Assembly: GCA_016199025.1 (NCBI GenBank)
Contig: JACQHM010000273.1
Span: forward strand, 1 to 29,545
Source of the DNA: Candidatus Methylomirabilota bacterium
GTDB taxonomy: Bacteria > Methylomirabilota > Methylomirabilia > Methylomirabilales > JACQHM01
Length of the DNA stretch: 29,545 bases
Direction: 5' to 3'
Shown in pieces: positions 1 through 9,387 of this stretch; the stretch's first letter is position 1, and the number at the start of each line of letters is the position of its first letter. The notes below the pieces were generated by a model, which was given only the letters and a program-made list of their open reading frames with translations, was not told the DNA's origin and ran no database searches. The translations under genes were made by a program, and so were the position numbers.

Positions 1-153
1 GAGGCCCGAGATGGCTTTTAGGGTCGTCGTCTTCCCGGCCCCGTTGGCTCCCAGGAGAGCGGTGATCTCTCCCTCGGGAGCCTCCAAGGAGATCCCTTTC
101 AAGACCAGGATGATCTGATCGTAGATGACCTCGATGTTGTTCAACTGGAGCAT
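1..153 (-). CDS. Liv-type ABC transporter ATP-binding protein (LivF family), 5' part only, runs off the window edge
   Basis: Hand translation from ATG at 153: [51 protein letters not shown], with Walker A GANGAGKT. Close paralog of 7040-7828. Not in the ORF track. Confidence 0.9.
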   Translation of the reverse strand, partial: MLQLNNIEVIYDQIILVLKGISLEAPEGEITALLGANGAGKTTTLKAISGL

Positions 154-160
154 CGGTCAC

Positions 161-925
161 TCACCAAACGCTCTGCCCTCCATCAATGACGAAGGCCGCC
201 CCGGTGACGAAACTCGAAGCCTCGGAGGCCAGGAAGACCACGATCCCCCCCAGCTCCTCGGGCCTCCCCACCCTCCGCATGGGGATCCACCGCTTGATGT
301 ACTCCTGTCCCTCCTTCGTGGCGAAAAAGGCCTCGTTCATGGCGGTGAGGAAGTAACCGGGGCAGATGGCGTTCACCCTGATGTTGTACCGGGCCCACTC
401 GAGGGCCAATGATCTCGTCAACTGCAAGACCCCCCCCTTGCTCGCCGCATACGAGGCCAGGTTGGAAGACCCCAAGAGGGCCGCGACGGAGGCGATGTTG
501 ATGATCCGTCCGCCCTTTCTGGCCGCCATGTGGGCCCCCACGGCCTTCGAGCAGAGGAAGGTCCCGTTCAAGTTGGTATCGAGGACCCTGGTCCAATCCT
601 CAACGGCCACCTCCAGGATGGGCTTTACGTGGGCAATCCCCGCACAGTTCACCAAAATATCAATTCTCCCAAAGGTTTTCAGGGCCTCTGCCACCATTGC
701 CTCGACCTCCCTCACATTGGTCACATCGACTCTGACAGGGAGCGCCTTCCTCCCCAAGGTCTGAATCGCCGTGGCGGTCTCTTCCAGATCCTTTAAGCTC
801 CTGGCGCAGACCACGCAGTCAGCGCTGGCCTCGGCCAGGGCCAGGGCCAGGACTTTCCCTAAGCCACGGCTGGCCCCCGTGACGAGGGCCACCTGGCCAT
901 CGAGGCGAAACCGGTCGAGGACCAT
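161..925 (-). CDS. Classical SDR oxidoreductase (KduD/gluconate 5-dehydrogenase/FabG-like)
   Basis: TGASRGLG cofactor motif, NCAG, catalytic YAASK, C-terminal VTGAAFVIDGG; 254 aa. Substrate not assignable. Confidence 0.9.
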   Translation of the reverse strand: MVLDRFRLDGQVALVTGASRGLGKVLALALAEASADCVVCARSLKDLEETATAIQTLGRKALPVRVDVTNVREVEAMVAEALKTFGRIDILVNCAGIAHVKPILEVAVEDWTRVLDTNLNGTFLCSKAVGAHMAARKGGRIINIASVAALLGSSNLASYAASKGGVLQLTRSLALEWARYNIRVNAICPGYFLTAMNEAFFATKEGQEYIKRWIPMRRVGRPEELGGIVVFLASEASSFVTGAAFVIDGGQSVW

Positions 926-926
926 C

Positions 927-2177
927 TTAGCTCCCTTTCGCTGCGGCCTCCTTTAATGCCTCCTGAATGACGTCACCGTAGGCCTTGAACCAATCGGTCA
1001 TCGGAGCCCATTTCCCCCCTTTGATCTGGTAGATCCTGACCCACCCTCCCCCTTCGTGGTCATTCGGGGTGATCTCCAGGGGAGGGACCAACCCCTCTAA
1101 CGTGAACCCCTTGATGGACTCGAACCCTTTCTTCACCTTCTCGCCGGTGACGGGAAGGCCGAACCGCTTGATGGCCTGGCGGATCGCCTCCGTGTGCAGG
1201 GCGGCGATGAGCACCCCTCGGTTGTAGTACACCGTCGAGTTCATCTCCCTGGGCGGGTCCTTCCCCTCATCCCGGTACATCTTGGCGATTTCTTTAAGGA
1301 TGGGGAAGTCAGAGCCCACCCCGGCAAACTGGATCCCCAAATACCCTTCGGCCGTACTCCACCCCGCAGCCTCCGCATCCGCCTCCGCCGCCCCCCAGAC
1401 GAAGCCGATGACATGATCCATCGGAAAGCCGACCCGCCTGAGTTCCTTCATGGAGACCGATGGGGACCGGCCGAAGAGGTGGGTGATGACCCAATCGGGT
1501 TTGAACCGTTGGGCGATGTCCAGGATCTGGGCGCTCATCTCGATGCCGGGGGGTGGGACGGCGAAGGTCCTCAGCTCGAACCCTTCCCGTTTCGCCAGCT
1601 TCTCGAAGATCGGGAGAGGCTCCCGGCCGGCCGGGTTGTCGTAGTACAGGAAGGCGATCTTGAGGCCCTTCTTCCCCTTGGAGTGGTCCAGGATGTACTT
1701 GACCGATGCCGTCGCCTGGGACCAGTAACTGGCGGCGATGGGGAAGACGTAGGGGAAGCGGGTCCCGTCAGTGGCATCGGCCCGGCCGAAGCCTGGGGAG
1801 GTCCCGGGGATCTTATCCTCGGTCAACCTTGGGGTCAGGGCGTAGACGTTGGGGGTGCCATACAGGCTGACGGAGACCGCGCCCTGCTGTTTGAAACGCT
1901 CGTAGGCCTCTACCCCCAGGGGGACCTCGTACTTGTGATCGATCTCGATGACGCGGATCTTATGCCCCTCGACTCCCCCCTTTTTGTTCACGAGCTTCAC
2001 ATAGTCGTGAAAGCCCGGGCAGAGGAAGACCCCGATGGTCTGGACAGGGCCGGTCCTGTCGCACTGAAGCCCCACCACGATCTCGTGCGTCGCCCAGGTC
2101 ACCTCCGGGTTCACGAGGGCGAGGACGAGGACCAGGATCGCCACGGCAACACTCAGGTGGGCCAGTCTCTTCCTCAT
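927..2177 (-). CDS. Liv-type ABC transporter substrate-binding protein
   Basis: N-terminal signal-like segment, DRTGP, GIEMSAQI, GxITP--H.GGGW C-terminal pattern; strong SD (AGGAGGAGG) upstream; follows LivH/LivM. Confidence 0.85.
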   Translation of the reverse strand: MRKRLAHLSVAVAILVLVLALVNPEVTWATHEIVVGLQCDRTGPVQTIGVFLCPGFHDYVKLVNKKGGVEGHKIRVIEIDHKYEVPLGVEAYERFKQQGAVSVSLYGTPNVYALTPRLTEDKIPGTSPGFGRADATDGTRFPYVFPIAASYWSQATASVKYILDHSKGKKGLKIAFLYYDNPAGREPLPIFEKLAKREGFELRTFAVPPPGIEMSAQILDIAQRFKPDWVITHLFGRSPSVSMKELRRVGFPMDHVIGFVWGAAEADAEAAGWSTAEGYLGIQFAGVGSDFPILKEIAKMYRDEGKDPPREMNSTVYYNRGVLIAALHTEAIRQAIKRFGLPVTGEKVKKGFESIKGFTLEGLVPPLEITPNDHEGGGWVRIYQIKGGKWAPMTDWFKAYGDVIQEALKEAAAKGS

Positions 2178-2200
2178 GGTACCTCCTCCTTTGTTAACCT

Positions 2201-2345
2201 TCAGCTTTCAGCCATCAGCGGTCAGGATTTAGCCATCAGCCATCAGTTATCAGCCATCGGCTCTGAGGAATCAACCCTAAGCTGAAAGCTGATCGCTGAA
2301 CGCTGAAAGCTAAAGGCTGACGGCTGACGGCTGACGGCTGAACGC
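2201..2345. repeat. Inverted 7-bp tandem array (TCAGCCA-like x9 ... GCTGACG-like x9)
   Basis: tcagctt tcagcca tcagcgg tcaggat ttagcca tcagcca tcagtta tcagcca tcggctc (2201-2263), spacer, then gctgaaa gctgatc gctgaac gctgaaa gctaaag gctgacg gctgacg gctgacg gctgaac (2281-2343). The arms are imperfectly complementary. Confidence 0.9.
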
Positions 2346-2348
2346 TTT

Positions 2349-3416
2349 TTAGTACGGAAAGGGCCAGACACGAAAGTAGTCCGTGATGTTCCGCCAGAGC
2401 TTCTTCAGGCCATCCGGTTCCACGATCAGGAAGAAAATGATCAGGCCACCGAAGAGGATGAGCTGCAAGTTGGTCAGAACACCGGCCACATCGCTGATGG
2501 TGAAGAACAGCCCCCCGATCCCCTCCACGACATACCTGAGAAGGATCGGGAGCAGCGTGATGAAGGCGGCTCCGAAAATCGAGCCCAGGATGGAGCCTAA
2601 GCCCCCGATGATAATCATGGCCAGGAAGTTCACAGAGGTGACGATGGTAAACTGTTCGTAGTTGGCGATCCCGAGATAGTACGTATAGAGGACTCCCGTG
2701 ACCCCGGCGTAGAAGGAGCTGATGGCGAAGGAGAGGAGCTTGTAGCGGAAGATATTGATGCCGATGATCTCCGCCGCCACGTCGTGGTCCCGGATGGCGA
2801 CGAAGGCCCGGCCTACCCGCGTTCGGAAGAGATTCATAGCAGCGACGATCCCTAAGCTCACCACGATGAGGATCAGGTAATACATGCCGCGCTGGGTGTT
2901 GATGACGTAGCCCCCCAACGCCGGCCTCGGGACATAGATGGAGGACTGAATGCCCCCGCTGATCCAGGTGATGTGGTTGAGGCTCCACTCGATGATGAAC
3001 TGACCTGCCAACGTCGCGATGGCCAGATAGAGCCCTTTGATTCGTAAGGAGGGGATGCCAAAGAAACTCCCCACGGCGGCGGCCATCACCCCCCCCGCCG
3101 CCAACGCCAGCCAGAAGGGCAGGTGGTACCGGGTGGCCAGAATGGCTGCCGTATAGGCTCCCACGGACATGAACGCCCCATGGCCTAAAGAGACCTGGCC
3201 GGTGTAGCCCGTCAGGATATTCAACCCCAAGGCCCCTAGGATTGCGATGTTGACCAGGTTTGCCACGCTCAACAGATAATCGTTGGCCAGGACCGGGAAG
3301 GGGAGGAAAACGATGATGGCGATTCCCAGGACCGTCGAGCGGGCCAGGGGGATTGGGTAGAGGGCCATGTCGGCTTCGTAGCTTGTCTTCAGGACCCCAC
3401 ATTCCCTGTTAATCAT
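2349..3416 (-). CDS. Liv-type ABC permease (LivM family)
   Basis: LGLNILTGYTGQVSLGHGAF, GLYLAIATLA, GRAFVAIRD, IIGGLGSI motifs; multiple TM segments. Confidence 0.92.
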   Translation of the reverse strand: MINRECGVLKTSYEADMALYPIPLARSTVLGIAIIVFLPFPVLANDYLLSVANLVNIAILGALGLNILTGYTGQVSLGHGAFMSVGAYTAAILATRYHLPFWLALAAGGVMAAAVGSFFGIPSLRIKGLYLAIATLAGQFIIEWSLNHITWISGGIQSSIYVPRPALGGYVINTQRGMYYLILIVVSLGIVAAMNLFRTRVGRAFVAIRDHDVAAEIIGINIFRYKLLSFAISSFYAGVTGVLYTYYLGIANYEQFTIVTSVNFLAMIIIGGLGSILGSIFGAAFITLLPILLRYVVEGIGGLFFTISDVAGVLTNLQLILFGGLIIFFLIVEPDGLKKLWRNITDYFRVWPFPY

Positions 3417-3419
3417 GGC

Positions 3420-4304
3420 TTACACCCGCTCGATAATCTCTTTCCCAAACAGGCCGTAGGGGCGGATCATGAGGATCACGATCATGAGGAGGTAAGGGAT
3501 AAAGTCCTTCGTTCCTCCACCGACGTAAGGGTCGATGTAGCCGGCGGCGACACTCTCCACCCCTCCCACAATCAGCCCCCCCACGACGGCCCCCAGGATC
3601 GAGTCAAGCCCGCCCAGGATCACCACCGGGAAGACCTTCAGGCCGACCAACGAGAGATGCACATCGACTCCCAGAAGGTTTCCCCAGATGATCCCTCCGA
3701 TCGCCGAAACGATGCCGGCCATGGCCCAGGCCAAGGCGAAGTAGCGTTCCACGCTGATCCCCATGGCCATGGCCACCTGCTGGCTATCGGCGACAGCTCG
3801 CATCGCAATCCCGATCCGGCTCCTTAAGAAAAAAGAGCCGAAGAGGGCCAGGAAGATCAGGCTGATGGCGACGGCCACGATCTGGATCGGGGAGATGAGG
3901 AGGCCGGAGACGAACAAAGGGGCATCAGGAATCGGGAGGGGGACATTTTTGGTCTCGGCCCGAAAGAGGAGCGGCCCGATCCCCTTCAAGATAGAGGCAA
4001 GGCCGATGGTCGCCATGATCACGGCGATCACTGGCCGACCGATCAAGGGGCGGAGGATCATCCGCTCCACACCGAATGCGAGGACGATCATGGCAACGAT
4101 CGTCCCTGCCACGGCCACGACCAGGGGAAAACCGTACGATCCGAGCAGCACGGCCACGATGAAGCCCCCGATCATGACCAGTTCCCCCTGGGCGAAGTTA
4201 ATGGCATCGGTCGCCTTGTAGATCAACACGAAACCTAACGCGACCAGGGCATAGAGGGCCCCCACCATCAGGCCGTTGACGAGCAGTTGGAGGAAGAAAT
4301 CCAT
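3420..4304 (-). CDS. Liv-type ABC permease (LivH family)
   Basis: NGLMVGALYALVALGFVLIYKA--INFAQGE, GIAMRAVADSQ, VILGGL, RPYGLFG. Confidence 0.92.
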   Translation of the reverse strand: MDFFLQLLVNGLMVGALYALVALGFVLIYKATDAINFAQGELVMIGGFIVAVLLGSYGFPLVVAVAGTIVAMIVLAFGVERMILRPLIGRPVIAVIMATIGLASILKGIGPLLFRAETKNVPLPIPDAPLFVSGLLISPIQIVAVAISLIFLALFGSFFLRSRIGIAMRAVADSQQVAMAMGISVERYFALAWAMAGIVSAIGGIIWGNLLGVDVHLSLVGLKVFPVVILGGLDSILGAVVGGLIVGGVESVAAGYIDPYVGGGTKDFIPYLLMIVILMIRPYGLFGKEIIERV

Positions 4305-6223
4305 TATGACCTCCCCACCTCCGCCATCTTCTCCAAGGCCCGGATCTTGAGCCTGGTCTCGATGGTCGCCTTCCGCCCGTCCTGGTAGGTGACCTCTGCC
4401 AGGACCGGTACCTCTTCCAGGCCGGCGTAGAGGGCCTCGATGAGGCCGGAATACTTCTTTGTGACGAACCGCCGCCTCACCTTCCTGGTCCTGGTCATCT
4501 CCTCGTCGTCGGGGTCCAGTTCCTTGTGCAAAAGGAGGTATCTTCGGATCCTGGTCGCGCTGGAAAGATCCCGATTGACGCGCTCGATCTCCCAGTGGAC
4601 CAGCTCGCAGACCTCGGGCTTCTGGGAGAGGTCAGCGTAGGTAGTGTAGGATACTCTTCGCTTCTCGGCCCACTTGCCGACGTTCTCCTCATCAATGTCG
4701 ATCAGGGCCGCCACATAGGGCCGCCCCTGCCCGATCACCACCGCCTCTTTGATGTACGGGCTGAACTTGAGTTTGTTCTCGATCATCTGAGGAGCAAACT
4801 GGGTCCCATCAACAAGGGTCGCCAGATCCCCAGCCCGATCGAGACAGACCAGGTGCCCATCCTCGCCCAGGAGGCCGGCATCCCCTGTGTGGAGCCACCC
4901 CTCCTTCAGGGCTAGGGCGGTGGCCGTCGGGTTCTTATAGTAGCCGGCGAATAAGCCGCTACTCCTGATCAGCACCTCCCCCTCGTCGCTGATCCTGACC
5001 TCGGTGTTGGCAACAGGCCTTCCGACCGTCTCCAGCTTGACCTGATCATCCTGCTGGAGACAGGCCAAGGCCGAACATTCCGTCTGGCCGTAGGCCTGCT
5101 TGACATTGATGCCGATGGACCGGAAGAGCATGAAGATCTCAGGCCCGATGGCCGCGCCCCCTGTGTAGGCGGACTTGACCCGGGCCAATCCCAACTGGTC
5201 CCTGATCGGGCCGTAGACAAGGACCTCCCCCAGGAGGGAGAGGAATTTCAGCCAGAGGGGGACCGGCCTCCCCTGCATCTTCCGGAGGGCCGCCTCGTGG
5301 CCGATCGGCAAGAACCACCGGTAAAAGCGCCTCTTCACAAAGCCCGCATCCTCCATCCGGACCTGCACCTGGGACGCCAGGTTCTCCCAGATCCGGGGTG
5401 GGGCGAAGAACAGGTGGGGCCCCACCTCCCGAAGGTCCCCCTGGACGGTCTCGGGCCCCTCGGGGCAGTTGACCGTCAGCGGCGCCACGGTGGCCACAGC
5501 CAGGGACCAGAGGATCTCTCCAATCCAGGCCGGGGGAAGATAGGCCAGAACGGCATCTCCGGCAAGGCAGCCTTTGGTCGCGAGGAAGTTCCTGGCGACC
5601 GTGATGAGGTTTCGATGAAGGAGCACAACCCCCTTGGGAAGACCGGTGGTGCCGGAGGTGTAGCAGAGGAGGGCGACATCCTCCCTCCGCCCTGCTTCTA
5701 CCAGCGCCTCGAACAGTCCCGGCTGCTCCTGCTCCAACCTCCGTCCCAGGCCCTCAACGGCTGTAAAGCTCCGCAGGAGGGCATCCTGGTAATGCCGCAT
5801 CCCCTTGGGGTCCTCATAGATGATCTGCTTCAGCCGGGGAAGCACCTCCTTCAGCTCCAGGACCTTATCCACCTGTTCCTGATCCTGGGCAAAGACGAAG
5901 GAAGCGTCCGAATGGTCGATGATGTAGCCCACCTCTTTCGCAGGGGCATCCTGATAGATGGGGACAGGCACTCCCCCGATCGCCTGGATGGCCAGGATGG
6001 CCCAGTACACCTCGGGCCGATTATCGCTGAGAAGAGCGAGGGTCTCCCCCCGCTTGAATCCCAAGGCGACAAGCCCCAGGGCGAAGGCCTTCACACGCTT
6101 CAGGGCATCGGCCCAGCGATATTCCTGCCAGATGCCGAACTCCTTCTCCCGGATGGCCGGTTTCCGAGAGAAGGTCCCCCTGGCGTTCACCAGCAACAAC
6201 TGGGGGAGTGTCTCATCCTGCAT
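4304..6223 (-). CDS. Long-chain-fatty-acid--CoA ligase-like AMP-binding enzyme
   Basis: YTSGTTGLPKG P-loop, QAYGQTE, GWLHTGDAG, ELDPDDEEMTRTRKVRR; 639 aa; 1-nt overlaps with both neighbours. Confidence 0.9.
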   Translation of the reverse strand: MQDETLPQLLLVNARGTFSRKPAIREKEFGIWQEYRWADALKRVKAFALGLVALGFKRGETLALLSDNRPEVYWAILAIQAIGGVPVPIYQDAPAKEVGYIIDHSDASFVFAQDQEQVDKVLELKEVLPRLKQIIYEDPKGMRHYQDALLRSFTAVEGLGRRLEQEQPGLFEALVEAGRREDVALLCYTSGTTGLPKGVVLLHRNLITVARNFLATKGCLAGDAVLAYLPPAWIGEILWSLAVATVAPLTVNCPEGPETVQGDLREVGPHLFFAPPRIWENLASQVQVRMEDAGFVKRRFYRWFLPIGHEAALRKMQGRPVPLWLKFLSLLGEVLVYGPIRDQLGLARVKSAYTGGAAIGPEIFMLFRSIGINVKQAYGQTECSALACLQQDDQVKLETVGRPVANTEVRISDEGEVLIRSSGLFAGYYKNPTATALALKEGWLHTGDAGLLGEDGHLVCLDRAGDLATLVDGTQFAPQMIENKLKFSPYIKEAVVIGQGRPYVAALIDIDEENVGKWAEKRRVSYTTYADLSQKPEVCELVHWEIERVNRDLSSATRIRRYLLLHKELDPDDEEMTRTRKVRRRFVTKKYSGLIEALYAGLEEVPVLAEVTYQDGRKATIETRLKIRALEKMAEVGRS

Positions 6224-7023
6224 CAGGCATCTCCTCCAAATCCCCTCGCCGCCCTTGGCCTGGAGCCTAGGTAGGCCTGGATGACCACAGGATCATCCCG
6301 GACCTCATTGGGAGTCCCCTCGGCGATCTTTCGCCCGAGGTCCAGGACTGCCACCCGATGGGAGAGATCCATGACGACCTCCATGTCGTGCTCTACCAAG
6401 AGGATGGCGGTCCCCCATTCTTCGTTGACATCCAAGATGAACCTGGCCATGTCTTCCTTCTCTTCCAGGTTCATCCCTGCCATCGGTTCATCCAAAAGGA
6501 GGATCTTCGGCTGAAGGGCCAGCGCCCGGCCTAGCTCCACCCGTTTCTGAAGGCCGAAGGGGAGCCTACCAACAATCTTTCTCCTGATCGGCTCGATCTC
6601 CAGGAAGTGGATGATCTCCTCCACAAATTTTCGGTGCTGGACCTCCTCTTTTTGAGCAAGGCCCCAGTAGAGGCTGGAGGCGAAGACCCCTGCTCGCATG
6701 TGGACGTGGCGGCCCAACAGCAAATTGTCAAGGACCGTCATCCCCTTGAAGAGGGCGATGTTTTGAAAGGTGCGGGCGACCCCGAGGCCGGCGATCCGGT
6801 GGGGAGGGAGATGAGTAATGTCCTGCCCGTCCAACCTGACCCTGCCCTTTTCGGGACGATAGACCCCGCTGATGGTGTTGATGAGGGTGGTCTTCCCGGC
6901 GCCGTTCGGGCCGATGATGGCGAGGATCTCTCCCGCCTTCGCCGAGACACTGACCCCCGTCAGGGCCTTGACCCCGCCGAAACTGACGTGGAGGCCTTCG
7001 ATGGTCAGGTGAAAGGCTCCCAT
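6223..7023 (-). CDS. Liv-type ABC ATP-binding protein (LivG family)
   Basis: GPNGAGKT, RTFQNIALF, LLLDEPMAG, VEHDM, VIQAYLG. Confidence 0.92.
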   Translation of the reverse strand: MGAFHLTIEGLHVSFGGVKALTGVSVSAKAGEILAIIGPNGAGKTTLINTISGVYRPEKGRVRLDGQDITHLPPHRIAGLGVARTFQNIALFKGMTVLDNLLLGRHVHMRAGVFASSLYWGLAQKEEVQHRKFVEEIIHFLEIEPIRRKIVGRLPFGLQKRVELGRALALQPKILLLDEPMAGMNLEEKEDMARFILDVNEEWGTAILLVEHDMEVVMDLSHRVAVLDLGRKIAEGTPNEVRDDPVVIQAYLGSRPRAARGFGGDA

Positions 7024-7039
7024 CCCGACACCGCCTCTA

Positions 7040-7828
7040 CTACCCCAGCCACCGCTTCCTGCGCCGGTAGCTCTTCACGTCCTGGAAGCTCTTTCGTCCC
7101 GCCTTGCTCAAGCCCAGGTAGAATTCCCTCACATCCTCGTCCTCTTTGAGCTTCTCCGCCGGGGCGTCCAGGACGATCTTCCCGTTCTCCATGACATACC
7201 CGTAGTCAGCCAGGCCCAGGGCCATCCTGGCGTTCTGCTCGACGAGGAGGATGGTCACCCCCTCTTCCTGATTGAGCCGCCGGATGATCTCAAAGATCTC
7301 GACCACGATCAAGGGTGCAAGGCCCAGAGAGGGCTCGTCCAAGAGGAGGAGCTTCGGCTTGGCCATCAACGCACTCCCGATGGCCAGCATCTGCTGCTCA
7401 CCCCCAGAAAGGTACCCGGCCCGGATGGTCCGGCGTTCCTTCAGGCGGGGAAAGTAGTGATAGACCCGCTCCAGCCCCTCCTCCACCTCGCCACGGGGCC
7501 GAAGATACGAGCCCACGAGGAGGTTCTCCTCCGGGGTCAGCTCGTCGAAGATCCGCCGACCTTCCCGGACATAGACGATCCCGAGCCGGGCGATGTCCTC
7601 GGGATAGCGGTTCTGGATCTTTTGGCCGTCGAACTCGATGCTCCCCCTGGTGACCTCGCCTCGCTCCAGCTTGATCAAGCCCGAGATCGCCTTCAAGGTG
7701 GTGGACTTCCCGGCCCCGTTCGCCCCAATCAGGGTCGTGACGGAGCCCGTCCGAACCTGGAGGGAGATCCCTTTCAGGACCAGGATCAGCCCCCAGAACA
7801 TCACCTCCATGTTTACCAGCGTCAACAT
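7040..7828 (-). CDS. Liv-type ABC ATP-binding protein (LivF family)
   Basis: GANGAGKST, LSGGEQQM, LLLDEPSLGLAP, LLVEQNA, VREFYLG. Confidence 0.92.
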   Translation of the reverse strand: MLTLVNMEVMFWGLILVLKGISLQVRTGSVTTLIGANGAGKSTTLKAISGLIKLERGEVTRGSIEFDGQKIQNRYPEDIARLGIVYVREGRRIFDELTPEENLLVGSYLRPRGEVEEGLERVYHYFPRLKERRTIRAGYLSGGEQQMLAIGSALMAKPKLLLLDEPSLGLAPLIVVEIFEIIRRLNQEEGVTILLVEQNARMALGLADYGYVMENGKIVLDAPAEKLKEDEDVREFYLGLSKAGRKSFQDVKSYRRRKRWLG

Positions 7829-7830
7829 TG

Positions 7831-9120
7831 CTAGAAGCCCAGCCAGTCGGGGCGCCGTTCCACGGTGATCTCCTTGACCGGGACGATCCTCCCCTCCCGG
7901 ATCGTCATGATCCGGGTCGTCGTGGAAGGCCGGTGATCCGTTGGGGTCAACGTGATCGGCGGAACGAGCCCTTCAGGATCCCAGCTCCGCAAGGTTTCTA
8001 ACGCCTCTTTGATGGCCTCACCCGTGATCTGACCCTTATACTTCTCCCCATACGTGTTCCAGTTCTCGACGATGACCTCCAATGCCTTCTCCAACAGCGT
8101 CACGTTCAGCCAGCCCCTCACATACGAGGCGATGAAGGGGGTCTCAGGCGTGCCCCACCGGAATGTGGTCTTCGACGGCTTCTCGAACCGTTTCCAGGTG
8201 TCGAGGATCGTCTTCATCCCAGGGGCCCGGTCCTGCTCGCCGAAATAGCGGTGAGGGGTGCTGCCGTAGACCCCTTCGGCAGCCTTGCCGATGAGCCGGA
8301 TCATGTTCTCATCGTACCCCCAGACATTCACCCCGATCCGGGCCTTGACCCTTACCTCCCTGGCATCCCGGACCGTCACCGAGGCCGAGGCCGTCGTCCC
8401 CCCGATCCACAGGAAATCGGCGTCGAAGCTCTTGACGGCCTGGAGCTGAGATTTCGCCTCCAGGGCCGTCAAGGCGACGATCTGATCGGGTCCGATCTCA
8501 AACCCCAGTTCCTTGGCCAGGGCCTTCCCTGCCGGGATGGGGGCCTTTCCGTACGGGTGGTCCGGATAGGAGAAAACAATCTTCGGCTTCTTGATTCCCT
8601 CCTGATCGGCCAGCTCCTTGAAGAATGTCAACATCCCGCGCAGTTGATCCGAGTAGCTCGCCACAGGGTAGAAGTTGTACGGGGTCTTGGCGGGGTCGTC
8701 CAGATGGGAGGAATAGGAGGCGGAGATGTAGGGAATCCTGTCCTCGGCCGCCAGCTTGGAGAGGGCCTCGGTATCCCCCGTCCCCCACCCGATGATGGCC
8801 ACCACCCGGTCCACGTCGCGGAATTTTTTATAAAGGGAGACGGCATCGGGGATCTTATAGCCGTAGTCGGACCAGACCAGGTTGATCTTCAGCTTTCTCT
8901 CGACCCCTCCTTTGACTTCGTTAATGTACCGGACCCGGGAGAGGGCCCCCTTGTGGTAATCTACCCCGACATCAGAGGTCGGCCCCGTTGTGTCGAAGAG
9001 GGCCCCGACCTTGACCGTGTCAGGCAGAGGGGGCGCCGCCAAGGCTGACGGCGCGATGAACGCCGGAACCATGAGGACAAAAAGAGAGAGCCACACCAGC
9101 CGCTTCACCATCTCCTTCAT
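7831..9120 (-). CDS. Liv-type ABC transporter substrate-binding protein
   Basis: Signal peptide after MKEMVKR; LFDTTGPTSDVG, WGTGDTEAL, YPDHPYG, GLVPPITLTPTDHR. Start moved from 9174 to 9120 because a strong SD precedes it and the extension translates a REP element. Confidence 0.85.
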   Translation of the reverse strand: MKEMVKRLVWLSLFVLMVPAFIAPSALAAPPLPDTVKVGALFDTTGPTSDVGVDYHKGALSRVRYINEVKGGVERKLKINLVWSDYGYKIPDAVSLYKKFRDVDRVVAIIGWGTGDTEALSKLAAEDRIPYISASYSSHLDDPAKTPYNFYPVASYSDQLRGMLTFFKELADQEGIKKPKIVFSYPDHPYGKAPIPAGKALAKELGFEIGPDQIVALTALEAKSQLQAVKSFDADFLWIGGTTASASVTVRDAREVRVKARIGVNVWGYDENMIRLIGKAAEGVYGSTPHRYFGEQDRAPGMKTILDTWKRFEKPSKTTFRWGTPETPFIASYVRGWLNVTLLEKALEVIVENWNTYGEKYKGQITGEAIKEALETLRSWDPEGLVPPITLTPTDHRPSTTTRIMTIREGRIVPVKEITVERRPDWLGF

Positions 9121-9136
9121 TGCTTCCCCCTCCTCC

Positions 9137-9189
9137 ATAGGGGCGCGATTGATCGCGCCCGATGTGGGCGTCATGAATGACGCCCCTAC
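9137..9189. repeat. GTAG-family REP doublet
   Basis: On the minus strand GTAGGGGCGTCATTCATGACGCCC-acatc-GGGCGCGATCAATCGCGCCCCTAT: two palindromes with GTAG/CTA(C/T) ends. Confidence 0.75.
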
Positions 9190-9192
9190 AAT

Positions 9193-9387
9193 TTACCCGC
9201 GCGTCTTCTCCTCCTGGAACAAGGTATCCTTGTACTCCTGCACCCTGGGGCACTGGATATGCTGTTTCTCCCCGACGGTGCACTTGGACCGGCCATCCTT
9301 GTAGACCAGGATCGTACAGATTTCCCCTGTCACATCACAGAGGATGGTCTTGGCCGTCACCTGCCATTTGATTTCTATGTTACTCAT
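9193..9387 (-). CDS. Small Cys-rich hypothetical protein (64 aa)
   Basis: ATGA overlap with the upstream CoA-transferase beta stop; C17, C24, C36, C46, H43; fills the gap exactly. Confidence 0.7.
   Translation of the reverse strand: MSNIEIKWQVTAKTILCDVTGEICTILVYKDGRSKCTVGEKQHIQCPRVQEYKDTLFQEEKTRG

Noticed and set aside
1194-2285. 363-aa plus-strand ORF, and similar long ORFs at 5297-6274, 8251-9048, 18991-19779, 20774-22000 and 23712-24953
   Set aside because: Antisense shadows of well-supported genes, expected with GC-rich codon usage; no motifs.
2201-2345. Possible CRISPR array
   Set aside because: Units are 7 bp, directly tandem, with no unique spacers and no cas genes.
2236-3402. 388-aa minus-strand ORF overlapping livM
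   Set aside because: Alternative frame of a real permease gene; low-complexity Arg/Pro/His content.
9121-9174. N-terminal extension of the binding protein (MTPTSGAINRAPMEEGEA)
   Set aside because: It translates the REP doublet and SD; the signal peptide starts at 9120.
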